DNA from: Octopus sinensis
Lineage: Eukaryota
DNA: 64,000 bases
Direction: 5' to 3'
Assembly: GCF_006345805.1 (NCBI RefSeq)
Contig: NC_043006.1
Location: 26,164,001 to 26,228,000 of the forward strand
Of the stretch, positions 11,744 through 24,800 are shown piece after piece (within the stretch, counting starts at the first letter, position 1; each line of letters begins with the position of its first letter). The notes beneath the pieces were generated by a model. The model had not been told where the DNA came from and did no database searches. It saw nothing but the letters and a program-made list of their open reading frames with translations. Position numbers and translations under genes: made by a program.

Positions 11744-12898
11744 TGTAGAGCACCTATGAGATATATTTTCCTTATATACCTAATTATTTCTACAATTTGC
11801 TATATATGAGGTTTAGTACTATTTTTTCCATAGTCTTCATTGAACTGCTGACTTAACAGGACCTGCCACCTTCCCTTAACCATTAACCTGTTAGTCTCAT
11901 ATTTGCTTCCCTCTCACATGTTATAACTTTAAGTTGCTGTAGGACATAAACGACCCTTAACATCTATTCATTGACTTACTTCCCGTGCCTTTTTTCCTTC
12001 CTTTTCTTGTTTATTTATAAACAAATCCTTTGTAACGGTTTTAACTTGTAACCCCATTTCAAATTGTAATTGATCAAGGTATAGACCACTGCACTTAGAT
12101 ATAACCCACTGTGGATCATAGTGGGGTTTCTTGGTATTAATCCCTGTGAGTAAATATTTTCTTTAGCACCCTATGATAATTGTTTACTCTTACTTAAGTT
12201 TATTCCGTTAACATAGGTTTGATCTTTGATGATTATGTTAGTATCTTCTTTACAAAGAGTTTCTTGATAACTTCTTTTTTGCATGATTAGTTCAAAACAA
12301 TGTGGATAATTAAGCATTAATTTTGGTAGAATAATGCGAACACTAAAGGGTTAAGAAATTCTTTCTGACCCATGCAAACATGGAAAAGTGGACATGGCAA
12401 TGTCACTGGTGATGATGTATATTGTTTCAGAGCTACAAATTCTATATCTTCCTATATTTGTGTCTATGTAGATATCTGTACTAATAACTGTACTAATAAT
12501 TTTCCTAATTGCACCCACCCATTAATAATCTGTAGTATTCCCTAGACCTTTTACAGCCCACTCTTTCATCTACACTCTTGTAGCCCTGATGGTAAATTTA
12601 TTTACACTTAACATATTAGGCTTCTAGACTTGTCTAAGCTATGTTTTCTTTACTTTTCTTTCTTCCTTTTGTTTATATTGTATGCTCTTGTTTTTCACTC
12701 TGAGGAAAATCTGTTATAATTCAAATACGCTATCAAGATGAGGAATTTTATTCTTGCATTTATATATAGACTGTATTCTGGTAATCTTATTAGAAACGGC
12801 TGTAAAATTTTGTTTTGTCATGCTTTGTATTAATAATTAAGCCATAAATGTCCAATCAATGTGTTAGTTAATCTATGGTTTGCTCCATTTTCTAATTA

Positions 12899-12900
12899 GT

Positions 12901-12946
<46 letters not shown>

Positions 12947-13020
12947 ATATATATATATATAATATATATACACACACATATGTGTATATATATATACACA
13001 CACACACACACATATGTGTG

Positions 13021-13062
<42 letters not shown>
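12899..13062. repeat. Compound (TA)n/(TG)n/(CA)n microsatellite
   Basis: Direct reading. Confidence 0.95.
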
Positions 13063-13064
<2 letters not shown>

Positions 13065-14535
13065 TGACAAATTGTCAGTACCCAGGTAGATAAAGCAGTT
13101 AAGGATATGAAGACCTGGAAGGCACATGACCCACCAGGAATCACCGCAGAGATCTTAAAAAAAATTGAGTGGTGTGTGTTATGGTCTTGTCACCCGCATC
13201 GTAAATCAAGTTTATGAAGAAGTCATACCCAATGACTGGTGTGGCAGCACCATAGTCAACTTCTACAAGGGTAAAGTTGATGCTTTAGATAGGAATAACT
13301 ACAGGGATATCGAATTATTGGATCAGGTGATGAAAGTTACAGAGAGGATCATAGCCCAACAAATTAGCCTACATGAGATGCAGTTTGGTTTTGTACCAGG
13401 TAGAAGCACCACTGATGCTATATCTCTGGTAAGGCAACTGCAGGAGAAATATCGAGCCAAAGATAAACCTCTGTACTTGGCTTTTGTTGACTTGGACAAA
13501 GCATTTGACAAGGTCCCCCGGTCCTTTACCTGGTGGTCAGTGCAGAAACTAGAGATAGACGAGTGGTTCGTAAGGGCTGTACAAAACCTGTATAGGGATG
13601 CTGTCTGTAAGGTGAGGGTTGGCAACGAGTATAGTGAAGAATTCCAAGTAGAAGTAGGGGTTCACCAAGGACCAGTCCTCAGCCCTCTCTTATTCTTTAT
13701 AGTCCTCAAGGTAATAACAGAGGAATTCAAGACAGGCTGCCCCTGGGAGCTCCTCTATGCTGATGACTTTGCTCTAATAGCAGAGTCACTGCCAGAACTA
13801 GAGACAAAGTTTAGAGTGTGGAAGCAAGATCTAGAACCAAAGGACCTTAGGGTTAACCAACCAAAAACCAATGTCTTAGTAAGTAGGAAGGCAGTCAAAT
13901 CACAAACCCCTGCTCAATCTGTAGAAAAGGCATGAGTAGAAACTCCATTGATGTACTCTGTGTAAGCTATGGATACATAAAAGGTGCAGCAATATCAAAG
14001 GAAGGTTAATCGAGAGAATATTTTTTGTGCGTGGCAGATGCACAGGAGTAATAAACATAAGATGTACAGAAAACAGATTCCATCACATGCCAGGGGGATA
14101 AAACTAGAAGTAGTTAATAACTTCTGCTACCTAAATGACTAAGTCTGTAGTGGGGGTGGTTTCTCTGAGAGTGTAGCAGCTAGAATAAGAAAGGCCTGGG
14201 CAAAGTTCAGAGGCTCCTACCTCTGCTGGCAACTACGAGCCTCTTGTTCAGGGTGAAAGGTAGACTGTATGATGCTTGTGTGTGAACTGCCATGCTACAT
14301 GGCAGTGAAACATGGGCCATGACTGCTAAGGATATGCATAGGCTTGAAAGAAACGAAGCTAGTATGATCCGCTGGATGTATAATGTCAGCGTGCATGCAC
14401 GACAGTGTGTAAGTGCTCTGAGAGAAAAGTTGGGAATAAGAAGAATCAAATGTGGTGTGCAAGAGAGATGACTGCACTGGTATGGTCATGTGTTACATAT
14501 GGATGAGGACAGCTGTGAGAGTAAGTGCCACACAT
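13063..14535 (+). mobile_element. Degenerate RTE LINE (RT region)
   Basis: ORF 13165-13935 (QFGFVPGRST, FVDLDKAFD, GVHQG, LLYADD) is colinear with 33004-35280; stops and frameshifts follow. Confidence 0.92.
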
Positions 14536-14577
14536 ATGCACAAAAATGTTTGTCTATACATATCTGTCTCATAGGTG

Positions 14578-15200
14578 CTAACATGGCTGTGTGCATGAGA
14601 ATTTCTCTTCCCAACCACATGGTTCAAGTTTGGCTGCACTGCATAAGCATCTTAGGCATCTTTCCTAAAACCTTGTGAGTTGGATTTGGTAGATGGAAAA
14701 TAAAAGCGGTCTGTTGTGTGTTTGTAAATATTTGTATGCATGGGTGTGTGTGTTTATGTGTGTCCTTGTTTTGATATCCTGCAATAGTTGTAAATGAGTT
14801 TTATCATCTTGCATGTAAGAAAAAAGATGTCCAGCCTTAGGTGATATATTATTTCTTGGAAACAAGTGACTGTTGGTGACAGGAAGAGCATTCAGCCAAA
14901 AAATTTTCCTTAACCCTTTAGCATTTAAACCAGCTGTATCTGGCCAAAAGTATTCTGCCTGTTTTATGTTCAAAATGGCCAGATCTGGTCTCTCACACCA
15001 GCCCTACAATATCGTTTTAAAAATTAACAGCTACCTCATAAAAATCTCAAAGCTACAAGATAATGCCTGATTAGTTCAAGGCAATGTGGATGAAAAAGCA
15101 TTAATTTTGGTAGAATAATGCGAACACTAAAGGGTTAAGAAATTCTTTCTGACCCATGCAAACATGGAAAAGTGGACATGGCAATGTCACTGGTGATGAT
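14578..15200 (+). mobile_element. Old SINE with an RTE-like tail, interrupted by a MITE
   Basis: SINE head and body at 14578-14909; the tail GACCCATGCAAACATGGAAAAGTGGAC..GATGATG resumes after the MITE. Confidence 0.7.
14914..15134. mobile_element. piggyBac-type MITE, 221 bp
   Basis: TTAA|CCCTTTAGCATTT ... GAACACTAAAGGG|TTAA. Confidence 0.92.
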
Positions 15201-15406
15201 GTATATTGTTTCAGAGCTACAAATTCTATATCTTCCTATATTTGTGTCTATGTAGATATCTGTACTCTTTTACTTGACTTTATTTTGTATTAGTATCTTT
15301 AGTGTAAAAGGTCTTCATTTTTGAATCCAGTTTAGCATATCATATTTTTTATTACTCTGAGAGAGAGTTTGTCATGATATTAATTGGTTCATTTTCTTTA
15401 TTTTAG

Positions 15407-15491
15407 TGAAGATGATGTGACTTCCGATTTGGCCTCTATGACTTTATCAAATGATAATGGCATTGATGCTCCTAATGCAAAATCAGAAAAG
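15407..15491 (+). CDS. EIF5B: EIF5B exon ([28 protein letters not shown])
   Basis: ttttag acceptor, gtgagt donor; starts in phase 2 (T GAA GAT GAT), ends in phase 0, compatible with the next exon. Confidence 0.85.
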
Positions 15492-17319
15492 GTGAGTATA
15501 GAATGGTTTATGAGCTGCTTTCTTTTTAAAATGTATTTTTGTTTGATTTTTAATTCTGTATACATTTATTGTTTACATGGATCATTAATCAGTGATTTAA
15601 ACATCTCTTTGTGTGTGTATGTTTACATGGAACAATTATTCTTGTGTTTGTCCATTTCTGTAGGTATGTTCCAAAACAAAACAATGAAAATACATACTAC
15701 ATATGTGTATTTTGCATTCAACCTCCACTTAAAACGTATATGCCCAATATATTTGGGCATAAATCTCGTTATTAGGGAGGGGGAATCAGAAATAAGGACC
15801 AACAAAATTGGGGAGTGGGGTGAGAAAATATTATAACCTGAGAAAGTAAGTGAATTTACATGCGTGTCTGTAAATTCACAAGTCAGTTTGCTCGACAGCA
15901 TTTTTTTCAATCATTATAGTGAAAGTAGGTTTACAGTCTTGTAGCCACACCAGATACTAGTTAAATCTTGGTTACATTCCTCCGACTACATGGAGAAACT
16001 CCATGTGTTTGGATTCTTTTATTTTGAAATAACAAATAGCATTCATCTTAGAGATCTGTATGCAAAACAAAAATAACCAGGTTTTCTGTATGTTATCTTT
16101 ATATATAAAAGTCAAGTTGTGTGTCTGTCTCCTACGATTTAGATTCCTAACTACTCCCTCATTTTGCAGTGCAGTTTAACCAAAACCGGGTATCTTATAG
16201 TCGTGATTCATATCAAGGCCCTTCTGGGTATTAGCGCACGTCTACGATGAGTCTACGATTTAAAAAAAATTTACCATCATTTTTTTCCATTTTAATGCAT
16301 TTTTTCGCTATTATATAAGGGAAGTAACTCTCTAAAAATGTCTACGATGAGTCAACGATTAAAAAAAAAATTTACCATCATTTTTTTCCCATTTTTAATG
16401 CATTTTTTTGCTATGTTTTGGCTATAACTCTCTAAAAATGCTTATATAGTTATTTCCCTTACAAACCCAAGCAACGCCGGGCGATGCTGCTAGTTTGTTC
16501 ATAATGAAACAACTCTTTTTTTTATTTATCAACACATTGATGTAAGTTTTGGAGCATGATTTAACAATTGTCTCAAAGCAAATATAATTACTGGTAAATA
16601 CAGTTAAATTCAGCAGAATATAAAATTCTTAAAATTTTGCTTAAACATCAGCACAGGAAATAAGTTAGCTAATTAATATTCAATGAGTATACAACAAAAT
16701 TTTGATAGAGAAGGATTATGCAAACAAGGTAAATTTGAAAAATATAAATCAAAATTCATGTACGCACACACACAATATTCCTAAAAGTGCTTTATTTCAA
16801 GTATGCGGGAAACCTTCAAAAGAAATTTCTTCTATCCTCTTTATTTATGTTCTGCATAACGATTCGTTTTCGCAGTAACTGGTTCAAAGGAAAAAGTAAA
16901 ATAGTTTTGTTTCCTTACAAAGACTGTGACTAGGTATCTCCTAAGTCAGGTACAAATTCTTTTTTCTTTTTCTTATGTAACTATTAGAATTTTTTGTCAA
17001 AATCATTTCACTTTTGGAAAAAGAAATATCCAATTCATAATCACATTTTTATGTTTGTAGTATATTTTCTTAGTTTCCTATGTTTTCTTTCAAAAACATT
17101 TTGAATTCAAACTTGCTGCTTGTTTTCGATGATAGTGTCACTAAAATCTGCTTATATTGTTTTTGTTAACCCTTTTGTTACTATATTTCTGACTAAAATA
17201 CACCCCTCATGAGTTTCAATTAAATTCTAAAATATTCATTTAGACTAGTTTTATATGACAAAAAATTTTGAAGAATAAGGAAAACAATTTGGGTGCAGGT
17301 TGAAATTAGAAAAACATTC

Positions 17320-17350
<31 letters not shown>

Positions 17351-18812
17351 GTTTGTGTGTCTGTGTTTGTCCCTCCAATATCGCTTGACAACCGATGCTG
17401 GTGTATATATGTCCCCATAACTTTGTTGTTCGGCAAAAGAGACCAATAGAATAAGTACTAGGCTTACAAAGAATAAGTCCTGGGGTTGATTTGCTCAACT
17501 AAAGGCGGTGCTCCAGCATGGCCACAGTCAAATGACTGAAACAAGTAAGAGTATAATTTAAAAGATTAAAACAATTTTTTATTCATACAGTTTGAATTTT
17601 GATTAAATAAAAAGAATCAATTAACATTAATTTTAAGTGTATTGTTGCCTTCAAATTAAGTGTCGCTACTGTTTGGAACACCCTTGAAATGTATAACATG
17701 TTTAAGCAGGTTGTATATCTAGGCAAAAATTTTATCAATTATAGCAGCATGATAATCACTTTTTATGTTAGAAAAACTGTAAAAATGAGGAAATCTCATA
17801 AAATGTTTCAACAAAAATTGCTTGAATACTTGCATAATGTTTGTAATTAAATTTTTATTTTTGATCTTTCTAGAAATCCAAGAAAGTTATTGCGGAAGAA
17901 TCTTCTGATTCTGACAAAGAAGATGACCAAGTACACTCAAAGAAAGAAAAGAAAAAAAAGAGTAAAGCTGTTGCGTCTTTTAATCTGTTGAATATGTTAG
18001 ATGACGACGACTCAGTAAGTTTAATTTGAATTTACTTGCAAACTGCTCGTTCTCAGTAATTATTTTACATGAGTGCTTCATTATCTTTCTTTAAAAACTA
18101 GTTGTACCTGTCACTATGCTGTCAGGTAACGATCTGGTCAAGATGAAATAGATCCAGCAGAAGCCTACTACAATTACCTAATTAATAAACTCAACAACAT
18201 CCTGTCATTTTAGTGAAAGTCTATCTTTGACCCTTTCGTTACCAACCCAGCTGAAACTGGCTCTGAATACAAATGTCTTGTTTTCATAAGTTCTGACTTA
18301 AAATCTTCCACCAAACCTTAGTCACAATTTATGTCCCTAACATTAGCTGAATGATAACTAAGTTATTTTACTAAATTTCTTTATTATATTTAAAGTAATT
18401 GAAAGAAACACAGAGCATCTCAAAATTAATACAATAACGAAAGGGTTAAAGTGTGTTGTGTTGCTTTTATTTGAAAGTCATACAGAAACACACACAAACA
18501 ATGGAAAAGGTAACTATTATATATATCATCATCATCATCATCATCATCGTTTAACGTCCGCTTTCCATGCTAGCATGGGTTGGACGGTTCAACTGGGGTC
18601 TGGGGAGCCTGAAGGCTGCACCAGGCCAGTAAGATCTGGCAGTGTTTCTACAGCTGGATGCCCTTCCTAACGCCAACCACTCCGAGAGTGTAGTGGGTGA
18701 TTTTATGTGCCACCGACACAGGTGCCAGACGAGGCTGGCAGACGGCCACGCTCGGATGGTGTTTTTTATGTGCCACCAACACAGGTGCCAGACGAGGCTG
18801 GCGGACGGCCTG

Positions 18813-18866
<54 letters not shown>

Positions 18867-21800
18867 TATATATATATAATAATAATATGTGTGTGTGTGT
18901 GTGTACCACATATACATACCACAAGCGTTGAAGTCAGTATCCTAAAGGCTCAGCGCTTGGATAGCCTGACCATGTGACCACACAGATAAATCCAGAATGC
19001 CATGACTGATATTCTAAAGTGACCTGGAGAGGGTAGTAATGCTTGAGATGACCCAAGGCAGTCTAAAGACAACCTCAAGTACAATCTGTAGTGAGCTGAT
19101 CTCTAGCACCACAATTTCAAGTGTACTGTGGCTGACTTTGGCCCAAGAAGTGATATTATCCAAAGATGTTGACCATGCAACACAATTCTTTTTTCTCAGA
19201 CTTGAGTGACTACCAGTGAATGAAGAAAGAGATATATATCATCATCATCGTTGTATAACATCTGCTCTCCATGCTAGCATGAGATTAACATTCATGACTT
19301 TTATGCAGTCTTTGGTCTTTCATTGGATCCTTCCATATTCAGCTCTTGGCACTTCTACACCCACTAGTCATCTTTCATACATATTACATGTTCATACCAG
19401 TATAATTGTTCAAGTTGATTTATGAAGATATTATTGATAAAAAATGTTTAAATTAATTTTGATAAGTATAAGTATTATAACTGATGCTGCTGCCATTTCT
19501 GCTAACTTTGTCTTTAATTTCTTAATCATTTTCATTATCATCATTGTTGTTTTTGCATCCATTTTATTCCATGCTAGTATGGATTTTGTAAGACTTATTG
19601 AGGCAGTATTCAACAGCCTAATGGCTTTACTGTCACAACCCATACCAGGTTTTCAAATAAGATAATGTATTTCATATGTTAATTCTTTCAAGCATGTATT
19701 GTTTCCAGAAGATAAATATGACATTGCCACCATCCAGATGGTGGTAAAAAAAATGTGCATTATGTATTTAAACATGTACATGTGTATGTGTGCATGCACA
19801 CGTGCGCAGTACAGGCTTCTGTACTGTTCTCATCTACAAATTTCACTCACAAATCACTCGCAAGTGAAATCAAATCAAGCAAAATCAAAATCAAATTTGA
19901 TGACTGGCGTCTGTGCTGGCAGGGTGCAAAGAGCACCATACGAGCGTGATCATTGACAGAGTGGCTAACCGGCTTCCGTGCCAGTGGCACTTAAAGGGCA
20001 CCATTTGAGTGTGATCGTTACCAAAGTCGCCTTACTGGCACCTGTGCTGGTAGCATGTGTAAAAGGTTTCGAGTGAGTTCGTTGCCAGTACCGCCTGACT
20101 GGCCCCTGTGCCGTTGGCATGTAAAAAGCACCCACTACACTCTCGGGGTGGTTGGCGTTAGGAAGGGCATCCAGCCATAGAAACTCTCCCAAATCATGAC
20201 TGGAGCCTGGTGCAACCATCTGGTTCGCCAGCCCTCAATCAAAATCGTCCAACCCATGCTAGCATGGAAAGCAGACGTTAAACGATGATGATGATGAAAT
20301 CATTGATCAGCCCGAAGCCTTCAGTACAGTATTGCGTGGTGGAACCTAAAATGACATGATTATGAAGTGTTGTTGCCAGACACCCATGCTTTACTGTTCT
20401 TGCATTCCAAAATTAATGATAATTCTAAGTTAAGTTAGTTTCATTTTAAACTGCTTGCCTTCATAAAGCTAGTTACTTGTAATTTATAACATTTTCTTTT
20501 TATATGTTGTTTTTTTAGAGCAATTAAACTTTTTTCTGTTATAAATAGATGTCTGTTATAATCTTTCTTTACTAATTCTTATTTTATTCCTTTTGCTTGG
20601 AAATACTGTTTTTAGAACAGTGACAGAAAGGATTCGGATGATGAAACAAATGATATTGTTCTTGAAACTGTTACACAAAGTAAACAATCTAAAAAAGTAA
20701 AAGACAAAAAGAAGAAAAAAGGCAAATTAGAACAGGAGTATGATGATATTGATGCTATTTTAGCTGATATTGAAAAAGCATCTGAAAAAAAACAACCAAA
20801 AGGCAAAAAAGACAAAAAAAAATCTGCCAATACAGAAGCGAATGTTTCAGAAGTGAAAAAGGGCGAAGAAGGGAAAAAGGGCGAAGAAGGGAAAAAGGGT
20901 GAAGAAGTGAAAAAGGGCGAAGAAGTGAAAAAGGGCGAAGAAGTGAAAAAGAGCGAAGAAGTGAAAAAGAGCGAAGAAGTGAAAAAGAATGAAGAAGTGA
21001 AAAAGAGCGAAGAAGTGAAAGATGAACTCAATGAAGATTTAAAACTAAAAGCTGCTGCTCAGAAAAAGAAAGAGAAAAAGGAACGTGAAAAATTGAAAAA
21101 ACAACAGGTATGTTTTCAGATTATTCTATTTCAAAATACAGAAATTGTGTGTTAATATTTGTAGAAATACTATTATATTTCTATTTGATTATTTACATTT
21201 AAAGTGTTCTTAAACATTTATTGGATATATTGAACCCAAAGATAAAATTTATTATAGATCTTTGAGGCTGAATGCTAACATAGTATATTGTACATGTCAA
21301 GAAAAAAAAATTTGAACTTGGACTTGCAGGAATTCAACTGGTAGTGTTTCAAAAATCCCATGTGGTTTTTGGAAGTTTCCAATATACAGATTAGGTAACA
21401 AATCCAGTCTCCAGTTTTGCTATAGATAGTTTTCTTAGTATTTTGTGTGTGACGTTATCTGATTCAAAATTTTAAATTAAAGATGCATTTTAAAATTTTG
21501 GAAGGGTGAAATTCAATTTTGAAAGAAAAATGTAACATAATTTGAAGAATACTTTTATTATAATTTCATTAATTTGAAAATAAATTTATATTCAGGACAA
21601 ACAAAAGGATTCAGATACACAAGATAAAGAAAAGATAATTGAGACTCAGCCAAAAGTTGTTGAAACTTCTGCAGAACATCATGGTAAGTTTTGCAGTTAT
21701 AATGTTAACTTTTTCTTTTTTTTTCCTAACCAGTTAAAAAAAAATGTTCTCTAATGTTTTGCAAATTTTAAAAACTTATTTGAGTTGTCAATTATAATTT

Positions 21801-24800
21801 GAGAAACTAGATGTGATGCAACACATGTAATATTACCTTTTTTGTGCCCCCTTCAAATTTGGGGTAAATATAAGACCCGACAAAGGAAGTGAGTTCATGG
21901 CCTGCAGGACGGCCTGGTGTGCTAACCTTGGATCGTAGAGTGACTTGCTGTTCTTGAGGATTCGAAGACCCGACAAATGAAGTGAGTTCATGCTTGCAGG
22001 ACAGCCTGCTGCGCTGACCTTGGATCATAGAGTGACCCGCTGTTCTTGAGGAGACCTATTGAGTCAAGTTCGTCAACATCAAAAATTCAAATGGTAATTG
22101 TAGTTAAGATACCAGTGCTGGTGACACGTAAAAGCACCGTTCGAGCGTGGCAGTTACTAGCGTCGCCTGACTGGTGTCCGTGTTGGTGACGCGTAAAATC
22201 ACCAACCGATCGTGGCCATTTGCCAGCCTGCGCTGGCTCCTAAAAAATACCCACTACACTCACAGAGTGGTTGGCGTTAGGAAGGGCATCAAGCTGTTGA
22301 AACACTGCCAAATCAGACTGGAGCCTGGTGCAGCCTCCATGGCTTACCAGACCCCAGTCGAACCGTCCAACCCATGCTAGCATGGAAAACGGACGTTAAA
22401 TAATGATGATGTTTAAATTCTTTATTTGGTAAATAGATAGAAGTAGCCTGCATACCTCATGCACTTGCCTGATTCAATAGTTTCAGCAGTTGCTTCTTAA
22501 ACTATTTATAATTTGTTCTTTGCTTACTGTGACTTGTGACTATTTAATTTTATGTTTATTGATTGAAGCTCTAAAACTATATCTGCGTAAGTTCCTTTCT
22601 CAAAATATTGATCAGTTACCTTTTTTTTTCCCATTTCTATTGAATTCTAATAACACAACAAATCTTGTTCTTTGGGGGACATAAAGTTATGGTTTGGTTA
22701 CCAGTTTTAACTCCTAAATATATTCTCTGATTACATATTACTAGTTTATATCTTTAATACTGAATATTTTTTATGTGTGAAAGTAGCTATTTTCTTGTGT
22801 TATCTAAAATGTAGAGAATATTTAAATCTAGGAGTGTCTTTGGTTAAAGGTTACCAAAATGCTGGCAACTACCAGGATCTAACTAATCACTTCATGAGAT
22901 ATACACTATCCAACAATGTTAGAGCCCAGGTTTTTGTCCCCCCACCCTCTTCTACACGGTTCTGCCCCTTTTAAAAATTATGAGCCTCGGGTTTACTAAT
23001 TGTGACTCTGAATTTAAAGGATTTTTTAGGTGTGTTGTAGGAAAAGTGAGGAGTTGATTCCAGTAAAAGAAGTGCTACATGGTGGAAACAAACTGTGGGT
23101 GCCTTTGTACCTAGATGAAATTCAAATATTTTAACCATAAATAGGCATTAAGAAGCTTTATAATTTAATTAAATTGTGCAATTTTCTTTTATTCCTGAGT
23201 TGAACCAGGCTTTAACCCTATCGTTACTAACCCGGCTGAAAAATTAATTTCATTTCACAAAATATATTATTTAAAAATTTACTTTCTTCTGGATTTTATG
23301 ATCTGCCTGTTAGATGAATGACAAATTCTGCCTAAACGTTGGAATAAAATACATATTTAAAAAAATGAGAGAATAATGCATAGAAGTAGCTTTGAAGTAG
23401 TGTAGTTTCTTTATTTCTGTATTTTTGTTACACTTTTAAATAAGATATCAATGAGAGAGATCTAATTCTGTAAAACTTATCATTGGTGCTGTAGGAGAAT
23501 GAGGTAAAAGTGGTTAAATTAAAGAGGAAATAATGACTGATATCATCTCATCTGTGTTATTTGCAAAAGCAATTTAGTATAGTTAATCTTTCTTAAAAGG
23601 TTTAAATGAATGAAAGCTAATTGTAAAGTCTGTTTCATGTTGGTACCATATAAAAAAACTTGGTTGCATTGGAAAGGGAGTAAGGCCTAAATTCATTTTC
23701 AATTTATCATGTTTCTATTATTTTAGAAAAAGTAGTTTAGCAGTCATGCTTCTATTATTTTAGAAAAAGTAGTTTAGTGGTCTTTCTGGAACTGTCTTAA
23801 ATCAGTAATTTAATACTAAAAACTGCATAAAAGATGGTACAGTAGAGACAAAAAAGGCATCGAATTTGGGGATGATAACTGGGGCACTGAACTATAGTTA
23901 TGCCTCTGTGTGTGTGTGTGTGTGCATGCGTGCGTACTCACATGCACACATAGTAGAAACCAAGCAAAGAAGTGATGATCTGTATTGACAAATTGCCAGG
24001 ACTGAGAATAAACTGTTGAAAAGTGGAAGAAACAGGCAGACATGTTGAATATACTACTGCCACTCCCTTTATTTCCCCCAACCCCAATTTTTCTTTGAAT
24101 TCTTTGTTTATGACAATGGCAATTAAGATTTTTGCCTGCTAACAGCTTTTCAAAATTACAAATACCTCCACCCTGCATTCTCAAGTTTTTTGTTAATTTT
24201 TAAAAAAAATTCTATATAATAAAAGATCATGATTCTGAATGGAAAACGTTTATTTCAATATTTAAGCTTTGTTAAAATTCCCTGTTCCCCCATCTCAACT
24301 TTCTATAATACCCACCTCCTCCCCACATCAATCTCAATGTTTTTGTCAAACAGTAAACAAACATTGAGGTTGTTGTCAAACAGCAGACAAAATAAGAATC
24401 AGACCTGAAAATTAATTTTGTGACACACACACACCATGATCATCATTATCACACCTACCATTACTCCCTGCATACCAGCGAGCATTGTTTGACTACAACT
24501 GCTGCCAATGATCTCGTGTGTACAACACGCTGCTGGGCATTGCTCATGGCTGTTTGACTGGTCCTTCACCATCCACACGAGTTGTTCATCTGCCATTATA
24601 GCATTAATTTTTGGTGAAGAACCTCTAAAATAAGTGGAGATCTTTAATATAAAATAAGTGGAGATCTTTAATATAAACTTCTTTTCTATGTATTTAACAG
24701 GCTGTAATGTTTACATTCTATGTATTTTGTTTTTATCTCCATGAGAATGATGGAAAATATTGTCCGTTAGAAGCCAGTCGGTGAATCATTATCAGTGTCA

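Noticed and set aside
12700-12807. Possible third hammerhead (CTGAGGA ... GAAACGGCTGTA)
   Set aside because: The boxes are 86 nt apart with no convincing stem II or stem I; at most a decayed relic.
10568-13144. YIYI/CVCV ORFs in the track (also 17220-17498, 18642-18931, 60404-60691)
   Set aside because: Translations of (TA)n/(TG)n microsatellites.
20612-21031. Minus-strand 139-aa F/S/T-rich ORF
   Set aside because: Shadow of the purine-rich EIF5B exon and its 18-bp repeat.
23707-24676. Short tandem duplications (37-bp period at 23707, 24-bp period at about 24628)
   Set aside because: Two-copy slippage products in AT-rich intron with no sign of function.
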